A DNA stretch of 64,000 bases. It comes from Acidimicrobiales bacterium. Lineage in GTDB: Bacteria > Actinomycetota > Acidimicrobiia > Acidimicrobiales > CAVXTF01. The DNA lies in NCBI GenBank assembly GCA_049281195.1, contig JBAPRR010000428.1, positions 8,267-72,266 of the forward strand, given 5' to 3'. Numbering within the stretch: the first letter of the stretch is position 1; each line of letters begins with the position of its first letter. Shown one piece after another: positions 45,011 to 54,313 of this stretch. A program made the position numbers and the translations under genes. A model generated the notes under the pieces. The model saw nothing but the letters and a program-made list of their open reading frames with translations, was not told the origin of the DNA and made no database searches.

Positions 45011-48000
45011 GCGCGCTCCAACTGAAGTTCGGTTACGACGTCCTCGATGCTCGTAAGGCGCGCGGCTGACTCGTCGTCGCCGCGGCTCGGCCTGATGTTC
45101 GCGCTGACCTCGACTACGCCCGGTAGGACGCCGGAGTCGCCGACCACCTCGATCTCGAGGGATGAGGCGCCGGAGCGGAGTCGGACACTCGAGCCGGAGG
45201 AGATCTCCCGCGAGGAGAGCTCGGACGGATTGACCTTGGCAACCAATTTCTCGACCATCCCGGCCAGAAATTCGCTTTCGAGCATCTGCACACCGTGGTC
45301 GTAGAGACGCCTGGGAGAGACGAGCCTGAGCGATCCGTCTGCACGTTCCGGCACCGATACCGGCATCGAAGATCCATCGCCGGCCTTCGCCTTCGCCAGC
45401 TGGATCATCGCCGGGCGCTTCTGGGCGCCGTTACCTGCTGCGGTGGAACCTGCGTCGCTACCGGCCGCGTTTCCGGTTGACTCGGCGGATGAGTCAGCGG
45501 TTGGCTCGGTGGCTGAGTCAGCTGGTTCTGCGTTCTGAACCCTGGCAATGGGACCTTGCACCTCGACCGATTCGATGCCCGGAGTGGCCATCGGGTCGAA
45601 CCGGGCGTCGGGAGCGGGAGCGGGAGCAGGACCGTGACCGGGAGCGTCCTCGCCCGATGCATCTGAGCCGCCGGCACCACCTCGACGCCCGATGACAACC
45701 TTGTGCGCCTTCAACGGGACCACCACACCGTCGCGGGCACCGGGAGCGTCGAGCAGATCGTGGGTCAGCCCGGCGTGAGATGACGCCAGCCTTTCGATCT
45801 CGTCCCAGATCTCGGCGATGGAAAAGAGTCCCAGATCGGCACCCATTCGTGCCGCCAGCTCCGAAGCCACCATCCAGTCCGGCCAGCACAAGACGGGCGG
45901 GGTGAGCTTCTGACCGACCCTCAGGACCCGGCCTTCGATGTTGGTGGTCGTACCGGGGCGTTCGTGGTGCATGGCTGCCGGAAGAACCACGTGGGCGTGC
46001 TTTACGGACTGAGAATTAAGCCCGTCGACCGCGATGACGAGATCGGCCGCCTCGAGAGCTGCCGAGGCAAGACCCAGATCGGGAAAGTCGCCGAGAGGAT
46101 CGGCGCCAATCAGGATCACGGCCTTCATCGAACCGTCGGCCAGTCCCTGGAGTATCCCCGTCGTGTCGCGGCCACGCCCGGTCGGAAGGGCGGACCACCC
46201 GGAGCTCGAGGAGCTCGAGGAGCTCGAGGAGCTCGAGGAGCCTGAGGAACTCGAAGAGCTCGAGGAGCTCGAGGAGCCCGAAGAGACGAACCACTCCCGT
46301 CCGGCTTCGAGAGAAACGCGACCGGGCAGCACCCCGGGAGCGAGACCCATGTCGAGTGCACCCATCACGTTTCCGCGCCGGAGAGCAGGAAGGAAACGGG
46401 CTTCCGGGTACGCCTCGGCCAGCACCGCAGCTGCCTCGGCCACGACAGATTCGGACTCGGCCACCGATCCCCGCCCGACCACGATCACCAGGCCGGCACC
46501 GCCGCCCACTGCGCCACCGGCACCAACTGCGCCGAGCGCGGTTCGAACCGCGGACCACACACCGTCAGAAACTCCGTCAGGCGCCGGTCCCTGCGCTCCC
46601 CCCACCAACGCGCGAGCAATCGTCGCGGCCGCACCAGGTGCGGTCGGCACCGTCGCCGCGGCGCTACGGCTCAGGTGCGTCGTGCGCGGAGACAGTTCGA
46701 TGATCGGCAAGCCGGCTTCCTCCGCTGCGGCCCGCAGCCGGAGGAACAGGATGGGAAGCTCCTCGTACAGGTCGCCAGACAGGGTGATCAGGCACTTGGC
46801 ATCGCACGCCTCGTCGATGGTGGCTCGAGGAAGACCGAGCACCAGCTCTGCGGGCAGGCCGTCGCCGAGTTGAGCATCGACCGAATCGGTTCCGATGATC
46901 CCCTTGGCGAACTTCGCCCACGCATAGGCGTCTTCGTTGGTCAAACGCGCGCCGCCGATGACTCCGATCGATTCCGGGCCGGTGGCGCTTCTGATGGCCG
47001 ACAACCGGTCAGAAGCGAATGACAGCGCCTCTGACCACGACACCGTCTCCAGATCACCGGAGCCCGAGCCGGAGCCCGCGCCCGCTCCGGCGCCAGAGCC
47101 TGAACGGGACCCGGAAACGCGCCTGATCTTCGGCTCGGTCAGCCGGTTCGGAGAGTTGACCGCCTCGTAGCCGTAGCGGCCCTTGTCGCACAACCAACTC
47201 TGGTTGACCGGATCGGCGTCCATACCAAGAAGCCGGGTGACACGGTTCGATGACGACTGCACCGCAGCACGGCACCCGACTGAGCAGGTGGTGCAGGTCG
47301 ACTCCACCTGGTCCAAGTCCCACGGGCGCGCGGTGAACCGGTATGGCGTCGACGTCAGCGCACCAACCGGGCAGATCTGAACCGTGTTGCCGCTGAACGG
47401 TGAGCTGAAGACGTGCCCCTCGGCTATCGAGACCTCGATCTCGTCACCGCGGCCCAAAAAGTCGATCATCGGCTCGCCGGCCACCTCGAGGGCGAAGCGC
47501 GTGCAGCGCCCGCACTGGATGCAGCGCTCCCGGTCGAGCAGAACGAGCGGTGAAAGAGCGATCGGCTTTGCGAAGTGGCGCTTCTCCTCCATGAACCGGC
47601 TCTCGCCCGGGCCGTACGCGAGCGTCTGGTCCTGGAGGGGACACTCGCCGCCCTTGTCGCACACCGGACAGTCGAGGGGGTGGTTGACCAGAAGGAACTC
47701 CAGAACGCCGTCCTGGGCCTTTTTCACCCGGTCGTTCGTCGTGTCCACGACCATGCCTTCGGCAACCGGCATGTAACAGGCGGGCTGCAGCGTCGCTCCG
47801 CGCGGACCGGTTATGTCGACCAGGCACATGCGGCACATACCGACGGGCTTCATGCGGGGGTGGTAACAGAAGCGCGGGATGAAGACGCCGTTGTCTTCGG
47901 CCGCGGCGATGAGGAACTGTCCCGCCGGAACGGTCAGCTCGCGACCGTCGAGTGTTATCGACACCGTTGCGCCGGGCTCGGCCTTGGGGGCGATCCCGTG

Positions 48001-48027
48001 GTGAGAGGTAACGGTGGGATCAGCCAC
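45007..48027 (-). CDS. nuoG: NADH-quinone oxidoreductase subunit G (unusually long, with low-complexity inserts)
   Basis: N-terminal 2Fe-2S/4Fe-4S Cys clusters (CYHPRMKPVGMCRMCLV, CPVCDKGGECPLQD, CIQCGRCTRF) and a molybdopterin-oxidoreductase-like body. 1006 aa, including Gly/Ser/Ala and poly-Ser tracts. Confidence 0.92.
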   Translation of the reverse strand: MADPTVTSHHGIAPKAEPGATVSITLDGRELTVPAGQFLIAAAEDNGVFIPRFCYHPRMKPVGMCRMCLVDITGPRGATLQPACYMPVAEGMVVDTTNDRVKKAQDGVLEFLLVNHPLDCPVCDKGGECPLQDQTLAYGPGESRFMEEKRHFAKPIALSPLVLLDRERCIQCGRCTRFALEVAGEPMIDFLGRGDEIEVSIAEGHVFSSPFSGNTVQICPVGALTSTPYRFTARPWDLDQVESTCTTCSVGCRAAVQSSSNRVTRLLGMDADPVNQSWLCDKGRYGYEAVNSPNRLTEPKIRRVSGSRSGSGAGAGAGSGSGSGDLETVSWSEALSFASDRLSAIRSATGPESIGVIGGARLTNEDAYAWAKFAKGIIGTDSVDAQLGDGLPAELVLGLPRATIDEACDAKCLITLSGDLYEELPILFLRLRAAAEEAGLPIIELSPRTTHLSRSAAATVPTAPGAAATIARALVGGAQGPAPDGVSDGVWSAVRTALGAVGAGGAVGGGAGLVIVVGRGSVAESESVVAEAAAVLAEAYPEARFLPALRRGNVMGALDMGLAPGVLPGRVSLEAGREWFVSSGSSSSSSSSSSSGSSSSSSSSSSSSSGWSALPTGRGRDTTGILQGLADGSMKAVILIGADPLGDFPDLGLASAALEAADLVIAVDGLNSQSVKHAHVVLPAAMHHERPGTTTNIEGRVLRVGQKLTPPVLCWPDWMVASELAARMGADLGLFSIAEIWDEIERLASSHAGLTHDLLDAPGARDGVVVPLKAHKVVIGRRGGAGGSDASGEDAPGHGPAPAPAPDARFDPMATPGIESVEVQGPIARVQNAEPADSATEPTADSSAESTGNAAGSDAGSTAAGNGAQKRPAMIQLAKAKAGDGSSMPVSVPERADGSLRLVSPRRLYDHGVQMLESEFLAGMVEKLVAKVNPSELSSREISSGSSVRLRSGASSLEIEVVGDSGVLPGVVEVSANIRPSRGDDESAARLTSIEDVVTELQLERA
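46201..46285 (-). repeat. 9-bp tandem repeat (TCCTCGAGC)n encoding a poly-Ser tract inside nuoG
   Basis: On the + strand it reads GAGCTCGAG repeated about 9 times with a few substitutions. It translates on the - strand as SSGSSSSSSSSSSSGSSSSSSSSSSSSSG. Confidence 0.9.
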
Positions 48028-49324
48028 GGGTGCACCCTCCGTGCTTCACGTGCTCGAGGAACTCGTCGCGGAACATCCTGATCCCCGACGCTATGGAAGA
48101 CGGGATCGAAGGACCGAGCACACAGATCGTCGTCTGCTGTGGGGGCCAGTTGACTCCGGGGGAGAGGTTGTCGCACAGGTCCATCAGCAGATCGACGTCC
48201 ATATCGCGTCCAGTTCCAGTTTCGATGCGGGCCAGGATGTTCTCCAGCCATCCGGCACCTTCACGGCACGGCGTGCACTGGCCGCACGACTCGCGGTGGA
48301 AGAAGCGCGTGATCCTCCATGCCGCCCGGACGATGCAGGTCGAGTCGTCCATGGCCACGATCGAGCCCGATCCGAGCATCGATCCGGCCGCGCCGACCTC
48401 GTCCTGTCCCAACGGCAGGTCGAGCTGGTCCGGTCCGAACCACGGAGCCGACACGCCACCGGGAATGATGGCCTTGAGCGAACGGCCACCGGGGATGCCT
48501 CCACCGAGCGAGGGGTCGAAGATCAGGTCCCTGAAGGTCGTCTTCACCATCTCGATCTCGTATACGCCGGGATTCTCGACGTGGCCGGCCAGTGCGAACA
48601 ACCGGGTGCCGCACGACCGGCCTTCACCGAGGGCGGCAAATGCGGCGCCACCGTTTTGAATGATCCACGGCAGGTTGGACATCGTCTCGACGTTGTTGAC
48701 CACGGTCGGCTCGCCATACAACCCGATAGCGGCCGGAAAGTACGGCGGCTTGATCCGCGGAAATCCGCGCTTTCCTTCCAGACTCTCCAACAGCGCAGTC
48801 TCTTCTCCGCAGATGTAGGCACCGGCTCCAGGGTGCACGACCAGGTCGATGCTGAGCTCGGACCCGAAGATGTTCCGCCCCACCGCGCCGTATTCGTAGG
48901 CCTCGTTCAAAGCGGCCTGCATCCGCTCCAGCCCGAGTGCGAACTCACCGCGTATGTAGATGAATGCCTGCGCCGCTCCGATCGCGTACGAGCAGATGAG
49001 AACACCCTCGATGATCTGGTGTGGATCACGCTCGATGAGGAGATGGTCCTTGAACGTCGCGGGCTCGCTCTCGTCTCCGTTTATGACGAGGTACGTGGTC
49101 GGGGCCTTGCGGAGCATCGACCATTTGCGCCCCGCGGGGAAACCGGCTCCTCCCCGTCCTAGAAGGCTCGCCGCGTCGACCTCGGCCGCGACCTCCTCGC
49201 GGGTCATGGTCAACGCCTTGCGCAGTCCTTCGTAACCACCGGTCGCCAGGTATCTCGTGATCGTGTACGAGTCGTCGAAGCCCAGGCGCGATGTGACGAT
49301 CTTCGGCGCTTCAGTGATCGTCAC
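48020..49324 (-). CDS. nuoF: NADH-quinone oxidoreductase subunit F (FMN/NADH-binding)
   Basis: GRGGAGFPAGRKWS, ESCGQCTPCREG and the 4Fe-4S Cys motif. Confidence 0.96.
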   Translation of the reverse strand: MTITEAPKIVTSRLGFDDSYTITRYLATGGYEGLRKALTMTREEVAAEVDAASLLGRGGAGFPAGRKWSMLRKAPTTYLVINGDESEPATFKDHLLIERDPHQIIEGVLICSYAIGAAQAFIYIRGEFALGLERMQAALNEAYEYGAVGRNIFGSELSIDLVVHPGAGAYICGEETALLESLEGKRGFPRIKPPYFPAAIGLYGEPTVVNNVETMSNLPWIIQNGGAAFAALGEGRSCGTRLFALAGHVENPGVYEIEMVKTTFRDLIFDPSLGGGIPGGRSLKAIIPGGVSAPWFGPDQLDLPLGQDEVGAAGSMLGSGSIVAMDDSTCIVRAAWRITRFFHRESCGQCTPCREGAGWLENILARIETGTGRDMDVDLLMDLCDNLSPGVNWPPQQTTICVLGPSIPSSIASGIRMFRDEFLEHVKHGGCTRG

Positions 49325-49956
49325 GAGCCGCCCTTCTCCGCGCCCGCGTGCCCTGCACCCGCGTGTCCCGCTCCGGCGTGCCCTGCTCCGGCGTGCCCCG
49401 CTCCCGGCGTCACCTCGAGCCCACCCTTGCGCCTGACCCTGACCAACGTCCCGTGCTGCGGAACGTCATCGGCCAGGCGACCGGCGGCAAGGTCACCGGT
49501 CAACTTGTCGAAGTCGTCGTTGGTGACGTTTCCGAAGAAGCGGTGATTCACCTGCAGACACGGGGCTCTTCCGCAGTCCGCGATGCACTCCGCCTCTTCG
49601 AGTGTGAAATTCCCGTCCGCAGTCGTTCCGCCGGTACGCACACCGAGATGCTCTTCGGCGTGCTCCATCAACTCGTACGCTCCGCGCAGCATGCACGCGA
49701 TGTTCGTGCAGATCGACACCAGGTACTTGCCAACCGGCTCGACGTGGAGCATGTCGTAGAACGACGCGGTCCCCACGACCTCCGCCGGCGCGATGTCGAG
49801 CATGTCGGCTATCTCTTCCACGGCTTCTGGGGTGAGCCAGCCGTCCTGCTCCTGCGCCAGGTGGCAGATGGGGATGAGCGCGGAGCGCTTGTGCGGGTAG
49901 AGACCGATGATCTGCTTGGCCTGTTCGACTATCTCGTCAGAAAGGTGACCGCTCAA
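49321..49956 (-). CDS. nuoE: NADH-quinone oxidoreductase subunit E (2Fe-2S) with a C-terminal (GAGHA)n tail
   Basis: Thioredoxin-like 2Fe-2S subunit (ICTNIACMLRG...CIADCGRAPC). 4-nt overlaps with nuoD and nuoF. Confidence 0.93.
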   Translation of the reverse strand: MSGHLSDEIVEQAKQIIGLYPHKRSALIPICHLAQEQDGWLTPEAVEEIADMLDIAPAEVVGTASFYDMLHVEPVGKYLVSICTNIACMLRGAYELMEHAEEHLGVRTGGTTADGNFTLEEAECIADCGRAPCLQVNHRFFGNVTNDDFDKLTGDLAAGRLADDVPQHGTLVRVRRKGGLEVTPGAGHAGAGHAGAGHAGAGHAGAEKGGS

Positions 49957-51386
49957 CGGTCCACCTCCCCCATCACAGGATCGACCGACGAGATGGTGGC
50001 TATCGCGTCCGCGATCAGACCCTTGTGCATCATGACGGCCGCGCTCTGCAGGTTCACGAAAGATGGCGCACGGATGTGCATGCGGTAGGGCTTGGCGGAG
50101 CCGTCAGAGACCAGGTAGCAACCGAGCTCGCCCCGCGGCGACTCGATCGCGACATAGACCTCACCTTCTGGAACCTTGAATCCTTCGGTGAAGATCTTGA
50201 AGTGGTGGATCAATGCCTCCATCGACTGGTCGATGCGTGCGCGTGGCGGCGGCGTGACCTTCTTGTCCTGGACGCGGTAGTCGCCTGCCGGCATCCGCTC
50301 GAGAGCCTGGCGGACGATCTTGATCGACTCGCGGACCTCGTTGAAGCGACAGGCGTAGCGGTCGAAGTTGTCGCCGTAGGTCCCGACGATCACGTCGAAG
50401 TCGACCTGGTCGTAGGCGAGGTAAGGAATTGAGCGACGCAGGTCCCACGCCACACCGGTAGACCGCAGGATCGGTCCCGTAGCGGACAAGGCGAGAGCCT
50501 CTTCAGAAGTGATGGCTCCGACACCTTCCATGCGCTGGCGGAAGATCGGTTGACCTGTGATCAGCTCGTCGTACTCATCGAGGCGCGTCTCGACGTTGTC
50601 ACAGATGACCTTGACGTCGTCTTCCCACCCGTCGGGCAGATCCGCGGCCGTTCCACCGGGACGGATGAAGTTGTGGTTCATCCGCAGACCGGTCGTCTTC
50701 TCGAAGAACGCCAAGATGAGCTCGCGTTCGCGGAACCCGAAGATCATCATCGTGGTCGAGCCGAGGTCCATGCCGTTCGTGGCGAGCCACATCAGATGCG
50801 AGGACATCCGCTGCATCTCGGAAAGAAGCATCCGGATCCAGATCGCTCGCGGCGGCAGCTCGACTCCCAACAGTGCTTCTGTCGCCATCGAGAACACGAG
50901 CTCGTTGTTGAGCGGCGACAGGTAGTCCATGCGGGTGACGTTCGTGCACCCCTGGACATAGGTGAGCTCTTCGCCGGTCTTCTCCATACCGGTGTGGAGG
51001 TAGCCGATTATCGGTTTGGTGCGCAGCACCGTTTCGCCATCGAGCTCGATCATGAGACGCAGCACACCGTGGGTGGACGGGTGCTGCGGACCCATGTTGA
51101 TGATCATCGTCTCGTCGTCTGTGACCTCGATGTCGACTTCCGCGTCGGAGCCGCGACCACCTTCGGGGAGGCGGAGCACCGCGCCGATCTCGCGCCGCAG
51201 CTCATCGGGCGGAGTCGCAGAACGCGGCGCTATCTCCTGGGAACCTTCGGCCGTCTCCGCGAGCAGGCGCTCGGCCCCGGCGTCCTCTGCATCAAGGGCC
51301 AGTTCGGCGGCAGTCTCCTCGGAGTCGTCGTCCACGTCGGCATCCGCCTCGCCGGCGCCGTTGTCAATGTCAGAAGGCGTCGTCAT
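49953..51386 (-). CDS. nuoD: NADH-quinone oxidoreductase subunit D (with an acidic N-terminal extension)
   Basis: NMGPQHPSTHGVLR signature about 97 aa from the start, preceded by an Asp/Glu/Ala-rich leader. Confidence 0.94.
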   Translation of the reverse strand: MTTPSDIDNGAGEADADVDDDSEETAAELALDAEDAGAERLLAETAEGSQEIAPRSATPPDELRREIGAVLRLPEGGRGSDAEVDIEVTDDETMIINMGPQHPSTHGVLRLMIELDGETVLRTKPIIGYLHTGMEKTGEELTYVQGCTNVTRMDYLSPLNNELVFSMATEALLGVELPPRAIWIRMLLSEMQRMSSHLMWLATNGMDLGSTTMMIFGFRERELILAFFEKTTGLRMNHNFIRPGGTAADLPDGWEDDVKVICDNVETRLDEYDELITGQPIFRQRMEGVGAITSEEALALSATGPILRSTGVAWDLRRSIPYLAYDQVDFDVIVGTYGDNFDRYACRFNEVRESIKIVRQALERMPAGDYRVQDKKVTPPPRARIDQSMEALIHHFKIFTEGFKVPEGEVYVAIESPRGELGCYLVSDGSAKPYRMHIRAPSFVNLQSAAVMMHKGLIADAIATISSVDPVMGEVDR

Positions 51387-51424
51387 CGTGAACCCGCCGT
51401 CATCGTGAACCCGCCGTCATCGTG
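51382..51424 (-). repeat. 17-bp tandem repeat x2.5 (- strand ATGACGGCGGGTTCACG) spanning the nuoC stop and nuoD start
   Basis: + strand units GTCATCGTGAACCCGCC at 51382-51398 and 51399-51415, with a partial copy at 51416-51424. Confidence 0.9.
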
Positions 51425-51860
51425 GGCCCGGGGATTCTTTGAATTGCACCGGAACCCGTCCGACGCTGTAGTCCTTGCGGAGCGGGAAGCCTTCCCAGTC
51501 CTCGGGCATCAGGATGCGGGTGAGATCCGGGTGACCCTCGAAGGTGATCCCCATCATGTCGAAGGCCTCGCGCTCCATGGCCTCGACCCCGGGGTACAGA
51601 TCCCACAGAGAGTCGAGTCTGCAATCGTTCTCCGGCACTTGGACGCGAACACGTGACTTCTTCCTCTGCGACACCGAAGTCATGACAACTTCGATCTCGA
51701 AGCGCTCTGCGTCGACGCCTTCAGGCAACGTACGGCCCGGATGCGTCAGATAGTCGACCGCGACGAGATCCGACAGGAGTTCGAATCCTTCGTCGCGCAT
51801 CCGGCTGACCGCGTCGTGATACTCGCTTCGCGCAACGAACCGAACGTCTACCGAACTCAC
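51417..51860 (-). CDS. nuoC: NADH-quinone oxidoreductase subunit C (short form)
   Basis: LSDLVAVDY...[36 protein letters not shown] signature. GTG at 51860 forms a GTGA overlap with the nuoB stop. Confidence 0.9.
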   Translation of the reverse strand: MSSVDVRFVARSEYHDAVSRMRDEGFELLSDLVAVDYLTHPGRTLPEGVDAERFEIEVVMTSVSQRKKSRVRVQVPENDCRLDSLWDLYPGVEAMEREAFDMMGITFEGHPDLTRILMPEDWEGFPLRKDYSVGRVPVQFKESPGPR

Positions 51861-52411
51861 TTGGGGGTGCCCAGCCGCACGGCGTCGGGAACCTCCGGGA
51901 CCCAACCGGCCAACTCAGGTGTACCCGTGGCCTTCTCCGGCCTGCGGGTGATCTCGCCCGTACGGATCTTCTCGTGGAGGGTGAGGATGGCGTGAAGCAA
52001 CGTCTCGGGGGCGGGAGGACAACCGGGCGCATACACGTCGACCGGCACGATCTGGTCGACGCCCTGGATGATGGCGTAGTTGTTGAACATGCCGCCGGTG
52101 GATGCGCATACGCCCATCGAGATGACCCACTTGGGCTCCATCATCTGGTCGTAGACCTGACGGAGAACGGGGGCCATCTTCTGAGAGACGCGCCCGGCGA
52201 CGATCATCAGGTCCGCCTGGCGGGGAGAGGCCCTGAAGACCTCCATCCCGAAGCGGCTGATGTCGTAATCGGCGGTACCGACGGCCATCATCTCGATGGC
52301 GCAACAGGCCAGACCGAAGGTGGCCGGCCACACGCTGTTACGGCGCGCCCATTTGACCAGGTCTTCAAGCCTGCCGGTCAGAAAGTTGTGGTGGAGATCC
52401 TCGAGCCCCAC
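51857..52411 (-). CDS. nuoB: NADH-quinone oxidoreductase subunit B
   Basis: [23 protein letters not shown] and GCPP motifs. GTG start preceded by AGGAG. Confidence 0.96.
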   Translation of the reverse strand: MGLEDLHHNFLTGRLEDLVKWARRNSVWPATFGLACCAIEMMAVGTADYDISRFGMEVFRASPRQADLMIVAGRVSQKMAPVLRQVYDQMMEPKWVISMGVCASTGGMFNNYAIIQGVDQIVPVDVYAPGCPPAPETLLHAILTLHEKIRTGEITRRPEKATGTPELAGWVPEVPDAVRLGTPK

Positions 52412-52420
52412 TTCCAGCTC

Positions 52421-52882
52421 CTAGGCGGCTTCTTCGGCTTCGGCCTCAGGCCCTACGCGCACCACGGTCGAGCGCGTCGTACGGGTCTGAGTCGAGCCGG
52501 CTGGACGGAGGCGCTTGACCGGTCCCCAGTTCAGGGCACCGTTGCTCACCAGATAAAGGAAGGAGATGAAGACGGCTCCCGCGAAGACCAGGATCTCGAC
52601 GAAGCCGAACGAGTGAAGCTGCCGGTAGACGACGGCCCACGGGTAGAGGAAGACGATCTCGATGTCGAAGATGATGAAGATCATCGCTATGAGGTAGAAG
52701 CGGACTGGAAAACGCTCCGCCGGCTCGCGGTCGGGAACGATGCCGCACTCGTAAGGAGCCAGCTTCGCGTCGGTCGGCTTTCTCCTGGGACCCAGCGTCA
52801 CCGAGGCCACCAGCGAGCCGGCCGCGAAAAGGAAGCCCAGCACGACCATTATGAAAACCGGCAGATAAGAGTCCATGAGCAA
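52421..52882 (-). CDS. nuoA: NADH-quinone oxidoreductase subunit A
   Basis: 3-TM protein with YECG...F.VRFYLIAMIFIIFDIE. First gene of the operon. Confidence 0.93.
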   Translation of the reverse strand: MLMDSYLPVFIMVVLGFLFAAGSLVASVTLGPRRKPTDAKLAPYECGIVPDREPAERFPVRFYLIAMIFIIFDIEIVFLYPWAVVYRQLHSFGFVEILVFAGAVFISFLYLVSNGALNWGPVKRLRPAGSTQTRTTRSTVVRVGPEAEAEEAA

Positions 52883-52947
52883 TTCGGTTCTACCACGGGT
52901 GCGTTACCGGGAGCACATTTACCGGCGTCCACCTAGCATCGGTTGTT

Positions 52948-54288
52948 GTGACGTTTGAACCCAACCCCGGAACGGTCCATGACGTGGTCGTCATCGGAGG
53001 CGGTCCATCGGGGTCTTCGTGTGCCTACTGGCTCGCAGATGCCGGCTGGGACGTCGTTTTGGTCGAGAAGAAGAGGTTCCCGCGAGACAAGACCTGTGGG
53101 GACGGCCTCACCCCGCGGGCGGTGCGCCAAATCGAGGACATGGGTCTCGGCGGGGCTATGGCCGGTTCTCACAAATATGTGGGCCTCCGCTCTTGTGCAT
53201 TTGGGAAAACGCTCGAGATGCATTGGCCGGAGCATCCGTCCTTCCCGTCGTACGGATACACGATCACCCGAAGGAATCTCGACCAACTGGTGGCCGAAAG
53301 AGCAGCAAAGGCCGGTGCCCACGTTCTGCAGGGCACAGAGGCAAACGAGGTTCTGCGGGCCGCGCCCGGTAACGGCCACACGGTCGGCCTCACGGCCCGC
53401 GATACGGCTACGGCCGACTCCCGCTCGATTCCCGTGCTGGACGGGGTCCGCGTCTCCGAGGTGGCCTCCAAGGAGACCGGCGAGATCAAGGCCCGTTACG
53501 TCGTGATCGCCGACGGCTCGAATTCCCGCATCGGGAGGTCCCTCGGGACCAGCCGTGACCGCAACCTCCCGCTCGGGATGGCCTTGCGGGGCTACTACAA
53601 CTCTCCCCGCCACGACGATCCGTACATCGAGTCCCACCTCGAGATCCGTGACGCCGACGGCGAGCTCGTCCCCGGCTACGGCTGGATCTTCCCGTTGGGC
53701 GACGGACGTGTGAACGTCGGGGTCGGGCTTCTGACGGTCAACGGAAGGTGGAAGGGCGTCAACACGACCCGGCTGATGGACGCCTTCGTAGCCAGGGCCC
53801 CCGGATCATGGGGACTTTCCGAGGCCACGTCATGTGGTCCCCCGACCGGGGGGAAGCTCCCGATGGGCCTGGCGCTTCGGCCGAGGACGGGACCGAATGC
53901 GATCTGCATCGGGGACGCCGCCGGCTCGATCAACCCGTTCAACGGCGAGGGGATCGCCTACGGGTACGAGACCGGCAGGCTCGCTGCCGCGTGCATCAGC
54001 AATGCCCTCGCCGGTCGCAAGACCTCGGTGGGTGAGGATTACGAAAGAAGGCTCCACGAGGCGTACGGCGATTACTACAGGGTCGCCCGGGCCTTCGTGA
54101 AGCTGATCAGCAATCCTCAGGTGCTCAGGGCCTGCGTGCAGACCGGGATGCACGTTCCGCCGGTGATGAACGGATTGCTCAGGATCATGGCCAACCTGAT
54201 GCGCCCCGACTCGGCGCACCTCCCCGAGATGTCTTATAGAGCCATGGAAGCAGTCGGTCGCCGCCTGCCGGACGCCTCGGACGACTGA
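52948..54288 (+). CDS. Geranylgeranyl-reductase-family FAD-dependent oxidoreductase (MenJ-like candidate)
   Basis: DVVVIGGGPSGSSCAYWLADAGWDVVLVEKKRFPRDKTCGDGLTPRAV and GDAAGSINPFNGEGI motifs. Divergent from nuoA. GTG start. Confidence 0.8.
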   Translation: MTFEPNPGTVHDVVVIGGGPSGSSCAYWLADAGWDVVLVEKKRFPRDKTCGDGLTPRAVRQIEDMGLGGAMAGSHKYVGLRSCAFGKTLEMHWPEHPSFPSYGYTITRRNLDQLVAERAAKAGAHVLQGTEANEVLRAAPGNGHTVGLTARDTATADSRSIPVLDGVRVSEVASKETGEIKARYVVIADGSNSRIGRSLGTSRDRNLPLGMALRGYYNSPRHDDPYIESHLEIRDADGELVPGYGWIFPLGDGRVNVGVGLLTVNGRWKGVNTTRLMDAFVARAPGSWGLSEATSCGPPTGGKLPMGLALRPRTGPNAICIGDAAGSINPFNGEGIAYGYETGRLAAACISNALAGRKTSVGEDYERRLHEAYGDYYRVARAFVKLISNPQVLRACVQTGMHVPPVMNGLLRIMANLMRPDSAHLPEMSYRAMEAVGRRLPDASDD

Positions 54289-54313
54289 GGCCCGAGACCC
54301 GAAGGCCGGCCCC

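Noticed and set aside
46034-46873. + strand ORF containing a striking ELEELEELEELEEPEELEELEELEEPEE acidic repeat
   Set aside because: It is the antisense reading of the nuoG poly-Ser 9-bp repeat. The surrounding translation is Arg/Pro/Ser-rich noise.
50550-53637. Long ORFs 50550..51656 (+), 51974..52936 (+) and 52933..53637 (-)
   Set aside because: They are antisense to nuoD, to nuoB/nuoA and to the geranylgeranyl-reductase-family gene respectively. All three true frames carry diagnostic motifs.
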